From: an uncultured Candidatus Rokubacteria bacterium
GTDB taxonomy: Bacteria > Methylomirabilota > Methylomirabilia > Rokubacteriales > CSP1-6
Assembly (NCBI GenBank): GCA_963789955.1
Contig: CAWBMV010000015.1
Coordinates: 128,001 to 192,000, forward strand
DNA: 64,000 bases
Direction of reading: 5' to 3'
Shown here: piece after piece, positions 1 through 11,200 of the stretch
How the letters are laid out: each line of letters begins with the position of its first letter
Position numbering within the stretch: the stretch's first letter is position 1
Notes under the pieces: generated by a model
Seen by the model: only the letters and a program-made list of their open reading frames with translations
Told to the model about the DNA's origin: nothing
The model's database searches: none
Made by a program: the position numbers and the translations under genes

Positions 1-1
1 G

Positions 2-1408
<1,407 letters not shown>

Positions 1409-1585
1409 GCCTCGCCACGCGGATCAGGCAACGGCCCGCCGGCGGGCCTAGCCGGTAGGGCGACGGCGGCCGCGGCGACATTCGAAAGCCTCGTGCAATA
1501 GGCGCATGGGAAGCATCGGCCATCGCTGGCGGGGTTTTCGAATCGTCGCGGCAGCACCGGGGAGACCAGCCGCGGCGCCCAGGAG

Positions 1586-1867
1586 GTGCTCGTGAGTCTT
1601 GTGCAGATGTCCGACCCGAAGCGGCACGCGTCGCTGTCTGACGGCAGCTCTCAGATGCGGGCCATTCGCACGATGATCGAAAACATCGCGGACACGGATG
1701 CGACGGTTCTGATCCGTGGCGAAAGCGGAGGCGGCTTCATCGTCGAAAGCGACAGTGTCCTGGACGGGAGCCTCGAGGGCCAGCTCGACCGGATGCGCCG
1801 CCGTCTCACGAGTGACCAGGGTGAAGCGGCCGCGACACGCGCAACGCCCAAGCTGAAGGTTCAATAG
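1586..1867 (+). pseudogene. Small chimeric-looking ORF: start of a sigma-54 activator AAA+ domain joined to an unrelated tail
   Basis: SSQMRAIRTMIENIADTDATVLIRGESG matches the start of NtrC-type domains but breaks off inside Walker A; GTG start preceded by AGGAG. Confidence 0.5.
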
Positions 1868-1876
1868 GCGGCCCCG

Positions 1877-4109
1877 ATGAGCCCCGATATGGCCGCCGTC
1901 GCGCGTGTCGCCCGTCGCGTACGGTCCGCATGCTCGCGTCGTGCGGTGTACCTCGCCGTGCCCCTCGTGATGCTGCTACCGCTCGTGCTCGCGACGTGGG
2001 GACTCGTCCATCATATCTACTTCGACCGGAGCGGCGTTCCGGATCTCGAGCCCTTCATTCGCTTCAATCTCTCGAAGACCGGCAAGGTCTACGACGCACA
2101 GGGCGCGGTGCTGATCGAGCTGGCCCGGGAGTACCGCCAGGTCGTTTCGTACGAGGACGTGCCGCCGATCCTCCGCCAGGCGATCCTGGCGGCCGAGGAC
2201 AAGAATTTCTTCACCCACCGGGGCGTGGACTATCGAGCCCTACCGCGTGTGCTCTACAAGACGGCGCGAAGCTCCGTAGGGCGCGTGGTGGGACGGCAAG
2301 GGATTCCGGCTCCGTCTGCCCCAAGGTGGATCGACGCTCACCCAGCAGCTTGTCCGCGGCTACTTCCTGCGGGACCGATGGAGCCGCGAGAACGACGTGA
2401 CGCTCTTCCGCGACAACCTGACCTGGCGGCTCCTGTCCGTGGTCGTGGGGGTGCCGACCACCAACAAACTCTTCCGGAAGCTTGAGGAAGTGCGGCTGGC
2501 GCTCTGGCTCGAGGAGGCGATGGCCCGCCGCTTCGGATCGCGAGAGCGGGCGAAACGCGAGATCTTCGCCCGGTCCGCGAGCTTCAACTATCTGGGTAAC
2601 GGTCGGTACGGCTTCGCCGCAGGCTCCGAGTACTATTTCGCCAAACCGTTGTCGGGCTACACTATGGAGGACGCCGGGAAGGCCGCGTTGTTGGCCGGGA
2701 TCACCAAGGCGCCGCGGGACTATCTTCCGGTGCCCGGTGACACGCGGGCCCTGCGTCGCCGCAACGAGATCCTGGCCCTGATGGCGCGCAACGGCTACAT
2801 TCCCGTGAACCTTGCGACACGCTTGCAGGCCGAGCCGGTGCTCATCGCAACGGCGACGAGCTCGGTCAAGACGCAAGCCCCCGCCGCGATCGACTCGGTC
2901 TTCGACGAGCTAAGACAGCATGGTGGGGGCCGCTTCGGGGTCGAGGATCTCCTCCAAGGGCGGATCTCGGTCCACGCCACGGTGGATCAGCGGATGCAGA
3001 CCATCGTGAACGAAGCGCTCGAGACCGGGCTCGCCCTCTACGAGCATCGGCATCCTGACGCCAAGGGACTGATCCAGGGCTCGGTGGTCGTGCTGCGCAA
3101 CGCGGACGCGGCGATCCTGGCCGAGGCGGGCGGTCGCCATTTCTACAAAAATCGTTCTGCGCGCTACTCCGACCTTAACCGCGTGACGGGCTCGCTGCGG
3201 CAGGCGGGCTCGGCGTGGAAGCCGATGGTGTACCTGGCCGCGTTCCGCGAGGGGCTGAAGCTCGACACCTCGGTGCCCGACGAACCCATCGCGGTGGCCA
3301 TGGGGACTGATCGCCCCGCGAAGTGGATCGCCAACTACGACCACGAGTTCAAAGGACCGATCCCGATGCGTCAGGCGCTGGCCGAGTCCCGCAACGCGGT
3401 GGCCGTCTGGCTCACCCGTGAGATCGGCCTGGACCGAGTGATCGGGACATCCCGCGAGCTGGGGATCCGCACCCCACTGCAGCCCTACATCACGACGGCC
3501 CTGGGAGCGTCAGAAGTGCGGCTGCTCGAGCTGGCCGGTGCCTATCGCGCGATCGCTTCGGGAATCCTGGCGGAGCCGTACATCGTGGATCGTGTGACCG
3601 GAGCCTTGGGTGAGGTGCTCTACGAAGCGGCCCGGACCGCCCTCGAGTTCAACTCCAGCCACCTGAATCTGATCCAGGAGGGATTACGTGGGGTGGTCCG
3701 CATTCCCGAAGGCACCGCCCATTCCCTGTATGGCCCAGACTTTCCGATCCCGGTAATGGGAAAGACCGGAACGACGAGCGACTTTCGCGACGCGCTCTTC
3801 GTGGGGTCCACCTATGGGCCGCGCGGTGTCACGGTGGCGGTCCGGATCGGCTTCGACGACAACCGGACGCTGGGCGACAAGGAGACCGGGGGCCGCGCCG
3901 CGTTGCCGATTTTTCGCGAGATCATGCTCATGACCTACCAGCAGGAGCTGGTCGGCTCTGCGCCGGCGTTCCCTCGCGAGATCGAGGATGGGATCGACCG
4001 GTACCTGCAACGGCGACCCCAGGAGCGGGATCTCGGCGATCCGCCGCTCGAAGATCTCAACCGCAACCTCGCCGCCCGGCCGCTCCACCAGGAAGAGCAG
4101 TCTCGATGA
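1877..4109 (+). CDS. Class A penicillin-binding protein (PBP1A-like transglycosylase/transpeptidase); one frameshift near 2280
   Basis: N-terminal TM; AAEDKNFFTHRGVD; PQGGSTLTQQL read in the downstream frame; SAWK, SRN and KTGT transpeptidase motifs. Confidence 0.9.
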
Positions 4110-5255
4110 CACCTTCGGGGCGAAGCCGCGGCGCGGGGGGCTCGGAAGGAGCGCTCAAGTTCGGGACGGACCGCGCCTTTCAGCTCGAGCTCCGGCGGCG
4201 AGTCGACGAGTATTTCCGGACCACCGGCCGGCGGCAACGCGACTGCTGGCAGATGTACCTGAAGACGGCGATCGTCATCGGCCTCTCTGGCGGTCTCCTA
4301 CTTGCTGCTCGTGTTCGCGGCCCAGGCGTGGTGGCAGAGCGTGCCGCTCGCCGTCCTGCTCGGGTTCACCGCGGCCGGTATCGGATTCAACATTCAACAC
4401 GACGGCGGACACCACGCGTATTCCGACCATCGCTGGATCAACAAGCTGATGGCGATGACGCTCGACTTCATCGGCGGCAGTTCGTATCTGTGGCACTGGA
4501 AGCACGACGTCATCCATCACACGTATGTCAACGTCACCGGCCACGACAGCGACCTCAACCTCGGCATCTTCGGCCGGGTCACGCCCCATCAGCGCCGGCT
4601 CGCGTTTCACCGATGGCAATATCTCTACCTCTGGCCGCTCTACGGCTTTCTGGCGATCAGGTGGCAGCTCATCGACGATTTCCGAAGGCTGATCGCGGGC
4701 CGAATCGGCAGCCACCGAATCCGCCGTCCCACCGGGGGAGATCTGATCGTCCTGGTGGCCGGTAAGGCCATCTTTTTCACCTGGGCATTCGGGATCCCGT
4801 TGCTTTTCCATTCCGCGAATGCCGTCCTTGTCCATTACGGGATCGCCGCGCTGGTGCTTGGCACCACCCTCGCCGCGGTGTTCCAGGTGGCCCACTGCGT
4901 GGAAGAGGCGGCGTTCCCGGCGACCTCCGCGGGCACGCGGCGTATCGAGCGGGCCTGGGCCGTCCATCAGGCAGAGACGGCGGTGGACTTCGCCCGGTCG
5001 AGCCGGATCATCGCGTGGCTCCTCGGCGGCTTGAACTTCCAGATCGAACATCACCTGTTCCCGAGGATCAGCCACGTCAACTACCCGGCAATCTCGAAGC
5101 TGGTGGAACAGACGTGTCGAGACTTTGGCGTTACGTACACCGAGCACAGATCATTCCGTGAAGGTGTGACCGCCCACTTCCGCTGGCTGCGACGCATGGG
5201 GATGCCGAGCACGAATGACCGGCGGCGCCCGCCGGAATCCGCACCCTCCTTCTAA
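4106..5255 (+). CDS. Membrane fatty acid (acyl-CoA/acyl-lipid) desaturase; frameshift near 4285-4300
   Basis: His boxes HDGGH, HDVIHH, QIEHH; N-terminal FQLELRRRVDEYF in the upstream frame; ATGA overlap with the PBP stop. Confidence 0.9.
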
Positions 5256-5273
5256 ACCCTGTACAAAAACCGC

Positions 5274-8200
5274 ATGCGCATGGCCCGGCCGTCTCCCGAA
5301 GACCCGATCCGCGCCGAGCTCTTCGGCATCGAACGCCTCGAGCAACACGCGGAGAGCCTGGCGGCTGCCCAGGCCGTCATGAAGCGGTCGGGCCGCGGGC
5401 GGCGTCTCCTGCAGCGGGTCGAGCACAACGGTCGTGTGCTTCGTGAATCGTATCGAGTGATCGCGAACGCCATCCGTGAGGAGCGTGCGATCACGCCGGC
5501 GGCGGAATGGCTCGTCGACAACTTCCACGTCGTGGACGAGCAGCTGCGCGAGATCCGCGACGACCTGCCGCCCGGCTTCTATCGAGAGCTGCCCAAGCTG
5601 GTCGAGGGACCGCTCGCCGGCTATCCGCGCGTGTACGGTATCGCGTGGGCGTTCGTGGCGCATACCGATAGCCGGCTCGATCCCGAATCGCTCCGGCGCT
5701 TCGTGCGGGCCTACCAGCGTGTGCAGCCGCTGACGATCGGTGAGCTGTGGGCGGTGGCGATCACGCTGCGCGTCGTGCTCGTCGAGAATCTCCGGCGCCT
5801 GGCGGAGAGCATCGTCCGCGGACGCGCGGCGCGCCAGGAGGCCGACGTCCTGGCCGACGAGCTGCTCGGGGTCGGTGACGACGGTGCCGTCGAGCCGACG
5901 GCGAGAGGCCTCGCGCGATTCGAGAGCGGCCGCCTGGTCACCGCCTTCGCGGTGCAGCTCGTCCAGCGGCTACGGGAGCAGGATCGCGCCGTGACTCCGG
6001 CCCTGCGGTGGCTCGATCAGCGGCTGAAGGCGCAGGGGACGACCTCCGACGACATCGTGCGCGTCGAGCACCAGCGGCAGGCCGCGATGAACGTGACCGT
6101 CCGGAACGTGATCATGAGCATGAGCTTGATGTCCGCGCTCGACTGGACGGAGTTCTTCGAGAGCGTCAGCCTCGTCGACGAGGTGCTGCACGCAGGCCCG
6201 AACTACGCCGCGATGGATTTCGCGACCCGCGATGCCTACCGGCACGCCGTCGAGGAGCTCGGCGCGGGGCTCCGGCCGGCCCGAGCTGGAGGTCGCGCGC
6301 GAGGCCGTGGCTCGCGCGCAACCGCGTCGGCCGGGACCGGCGACGCTCGGCAGAGCGATCCCGGCTTCTATCTCATCGGCAACGGGCGCCCGGCTTTCGA
6401 GCGGACGCTCGGCTATCGAGCGCCGCCCTTGCGCCGGCTGCTCCGGCTCTACGTCGCCGCGGCGACGCCCGGATATCTTGGAACGATCGCCCTCCTCAGT
6501 GGCTTCATGCTGGCCGTGCCCGTCCTCGCGGCCGGCGCATCCGGCGTCGGACCCGTGGGCCTGCTCGTGCTCGCACTGCTGGCCATCGTCCCGGCCTCGG
6601 ACCTGGCGATCGCTTTGCTGAACCGAAGCGTCACCGCGCTGGTCACGCCGGCGGCGCTGCCGCGCCTCGCGTTGCGCGACGGGGTGCCACCGCATCTGCG
6701 AACCATGGTCGTCGTGCCGATGCTCTTGACGGACAGCGCGGAAGTCACCGAGCAAATCGAGCGACTCGAAGTGCACTACCTGGCGAATCCGAGCGGCGAT
6801 CTTCGCTTTGCCATCCTCTCCGACTGGCTGGACGCGCCCGCGGAGAGCATCCCGGGTGATGACGAGACTCTGGGGGCCGCGCGCGAGGGGATCGCCCGCC
6901 TGAACCGCCGCCACGGTGCCGCGCCGGATGGAGGGGAGCGATTCCTGCTCTTTCACCGCCGGCGGCTCTGGAACGAGAGCGAGCGGGCGTGGATGGGGTG
7001 GGAGCGCAAGCGGGGCAAGCTCCACGAGCTGAATCGCCTCCTGCGAGGGGCATCGGACACGAGCTTCGTGGGCACGGGCGGCGTCACGCCGTCCGGCATC
7101 CGCTACGTCATCACGCTCGACGCCGATACGCGGCTCCCCAGAGGGGTGGTCGATCGGCTGGTCGGTACGATGGCGCATTCGCTCAATCGCCCACGGTTCG
7201 ATATCGGAAGGCAACGCGTCGTCGAGGGCTACGCGGTGCTTCAACCCCGAGTGACACCGCCGCTGCCCGGACGTGAGGGCTCGTTCTTCCAGCGTCTTTC
7301 GTCGGGGCCGGCGGGCATCGACCCGTACGCATCGGCGGTGTCCGACGTCTACCAGGACCTCTGGGAGGAAGGCTCGTACACCGGCAAGGGCATCTACGAC
7401 CTGGACGCGTTCGAGGCCGCGCTGGCCGGACGGGTGCCGGACAATGCGCTGCTGAGTCACGATCTCTTCGAGGGGGTGTTCGCGCGCGCCGGTCTCGTGA
7501 CCGACGTCGAGCTGTTCGAGAGCGCGCCATCGCACTATGGTGTCGCGGCGGCCCGGCAGCACCGATGGGCGCGCGGCGATTGGCAGCTGCTTCCGTGGAT
7601 TCTCGGACGCCGGATGCCGCTGGTCGGACGCTGGAAGATGCTCGACAACCTCCGCCGCACCGTGTCGGCGCCGGCCACGTTCCTGACGCTCGTGGTCGCG
7701 TGGTTGATGCCGGGGACGTCGCCCGCGATCTGGAGCGCCTTCATCCTGGCGACCATCGCCGTGCCCACGCTCTTGCCGGTGCTGAGCGGTTTGCTCCCCC
7801 GCGGTCGCGGCATTTCGAAGCGCAGCTACGTTCGCGCGGTTGGCCGGGATCTGTTCCTGGCCGGCTCACAGTTCGGGCTCACGATCACGATGCTGACGCA
7901 CCAGGCCTGGCTGATGAGCGACGCGATCGTGCGGACGCTCGCCCGCGTGTACGTCACGCGCCGCCACCTGCTGGAATGGGTAACCGCGGCGCAGGCGAAA
8001 GCCGGGCTCCGTCTGAATCTGCGTGGCTTCTGCCGTCGAATGGGCGGAGGGGTCGCGCTCGCCGCCGCCGCGGCGGTGGCCGTCGCGTGGTGGCGACCGG
8101 AGGCCTGGCCCGCCGCGCTGCTCTTTCTCGTGCTGTGGACCGTATCGCCGGCGGTCGCGCGCTGGATCAGCGTGCCGCGGAGCACCGAGCCCACCCAGCC

Positions 8201-11200
8201 GCTCTCGGCGGCGGACGCGCGAGCTCTCCGCCTGATCGCGCGGCGGACGTGGCGCTTCTTCTCGACGTTCGTCGGTCCGGAAGACCACGCACTACCGCCC
8301 GACAACTTCCAGGAGACGCCGAACCCGGTGGTCGCGCATCGCACGTCGCCCACGAATATCGGGCTCTATCTGCTGTCGACCGTCGCCGCGCGCGATTTCG
8401 GCTGGGTCGGTACGCTCGACGTCGTCGAGCGTCTCGAGGCCACGCTCGAGACGCTGCGCGCCCTCGAGCGCTTCCGCGGCCACCTCTACAACTGGTATGA
8501 CACGAAGCACTGCTACGCGCTCGAGCCGAAGTACGTCTCGTCGGTCGACAGTGGCAATCTCGCCGGCCATCTCATCGTGCTCGCGCACGCCTGCGAGGAG
8601 ATGGTCGAGCGCCCGCGCCTCGATCGGGCGGCGCTCGCCGGGATCGAGGACACCGCGCTGCTCGTCCACCAGGCGGCCGTCGCGGCGGCCGGCGACGCGC
8701 GCCCGAGCCCGGCCGGCCACGGGCCCTTGGCGGACGCGCTCGACGCCGTCGCGGACGCGGTCCGGGAGCCTCCACGCGACTCGGCCGGGTGGGTCGCACG
8801 ACTTGCGACCTTGAAGGCCCGCGCTCAGGCGGTGCTGAACGCCGCGCGAATGCTGGTCGGCGAGGACCCCGGGAACGCGCACGCGGACGTTCTCGTCTGG
8901 GCGGAGGCGCTCTGCGCCACGGTTGAAAGCCACACGCGCGACCTCGACCTGCCCGAGACGCTGGTTCGTCGTCTCGCGATTCTCGCTCGGGATGCTCGGG
9001 CGATGGTCGGCGCCATGGATTTCGGCTTCCTCTTCGATCCGATGCGGCAGCTGTTCGCGATCGGCTACCGCGTGGCGGACGGAAGCCTCGACTCGGGTCG
9101 GTACGATCTCCTCGCATCGGAGGCCCGGCTCGCAAGCTTCGTCGCGATCGCCAAGGGCGACGTCCCCGTCTCGCACTGGTTCCGGCTCGGCCGGTCGCTG
9201 ACACCGGTGGAGCTGGACTCGGTGCTCGTCTCCTGGTCGGGATCGATGTTCGAATACCTGATGCCGACGCTCGTCATGCCCGCGCCGGCGGGAAGCCTGC
9301 TCGAGCAGACATCCCGGCTCGTGGTGGGACGGCAGATCAGCTATGGCGCCGAGCGCGGCGTGCCGTGGGGTGTGTCGGAGTCGGGCTACAACGCGCGCGA
9401 TCTGGAAATGACCTACCAGTATTCGAGCTTCGGTGTGCCGGGAATAGGATTGCGACGCGGACTCAGCGAGGACGTCGTCATCGCGCCCTACGCGACGGGC
9501 CTGGCCGCGATGGTCGATCCGGCCGCGGCGGTCCAGAATTTCCGGCGCCTTGCGGCCGCCGGGGCCAGCGGCGCCTACGGCTTCTACGAAGCGCTCGATT
9601 ACACCCCACCCAGGCTCCCCGATGGCGCCACGGTCGCCGTGGTTCGCGCGTACATGGCGCACCACCAGGGTATGGTGGTCGTCGCGATCGCGAACGTCGT
9701 CCACGACGGCGCGATGCGCACGCGCTTCCGTGCCGAGCCATTCGTCCTGGCCACCGAGCTCCTGCTTCAAGAACGGACGCCACGGGACGTGGCGGTTGCG
9801 CGGCCCCGCGCGGACGAGGTCCAGGCCGTCGGCGACGTGCGCGAGTTCGTTCCGCCGGTCGTGAGGCACTTCGACTCGCCGCATGGCTCGCTGCCGCGCA
9901 CCCAGCTACTCTCGAATGGACGGTATGCGGTGATGCTCACGACGGCGGGCTCCGGATACAGCCGCTGGCGTGATCTTGCCGTCACGCGATGGCGGGAGGA
10001 TGTCACGCGCGACGGGTGGGGCACGTACATGTTCCTTCGCGACGTGGACAGCGGGGAAAGCTGGTCGGCCGGCTACCAGCCGCGTGGCGGCACGCCGGAC
10101 AGCTACGAGGTCACGTTCTCCGAGGATCGGGCCGAATTCGTCCGGCGCGACGGCGCGATCGGGACCACGCTCCAGGTGATCGTATCGCCGGAGGACGACG
10201 CGGAGGTGCGTCGCGTCTCGCTCACGAATCTCGGGACAAAGAGCCGGGAGATCGAGGTGACGTCGTACGCCGAGGTCGTTCTGGCGCCGCCGGCGACCGA
10301 CGCCGCCCACCCGGCGTTTTCCAACCTGAGTGTCGAGACCGAATGCGTTCCCGAGCTCGAGACGCTGCTGGCGAGACGCCGGCCGCGGTCACGCGGCGAG
10401 TCTCCGCCGTGGCTGGCGCATGTGGCGGTCGTGGAAGGCGCCGCGGTCGGCGAGCTGCAATGGGAGACGGACCGTGCGCGGTTCCTCGGCCGCGGGCGCG
10501 GGATCCGGACGCCCGCGGCGGTGATCGACGGCCGGCCACTGTCCAACACGACCGGCGCGGTGCTCGATCCGATCGTGAGCCTGCGCCGCCGGGTGCGGCT
10601 GTCACCGGGCGATACCGTCCGCATCATCTTCTCGACGCTCGTCGCGCCGTCGCGCGCGGAGGCCCTCGGCCTCGCCGAGAAGTACCACGATCCGGCGACG
10701 TTCGACCGCGCCGCGACCTTGGCCTGGACGCACGCGCAGGTGCAACAGCACCACCTCGGCATCGCCCCGGACGAGGCGCATCTTTTCCAAAGCCTCGCCA
10801 GCCGCATTCTCTACTCGGATCGTAGCTTGAGATCTCCCGCGGAGATCCTTGCGCGTCAGACGGAGGGCCCCGCTGCGTTGTGGGCGCACCGGATATCCGG
10901 CGACCTCCCGATCGTGCTCGTGGGCGTCGACGAGCCCGACGACGTGGGCATCGTGCGGCAGCTGCTCCGGGCGCACGAGTATTGGCGGATGAAGCGGCTC
11001 GCGGTCGACCTCGTCATTCTCAACGAGCATGCGCCGTCCTACGTTCAGGATCTCCAGGAGCTGCTGGAGACGCTTGTCCGCACGAGCCAGTCGGCGGGGC
11101 CCCACGATGGCCACGAGCCACACGGGAACGTGTACATCTTGCGATCGGACCGCCTCACGGCGTCGCAACGCGACGTGCTCCTGTCCGTCGCGCGCGCGGT

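Noticed and set aside
1433..1448. Palindrome GGCCCGCCGGCGGGCC after groEL as an intrinsic terminator
   Set aside because: No U-tract follows, and such GC palindromes are common at this composition
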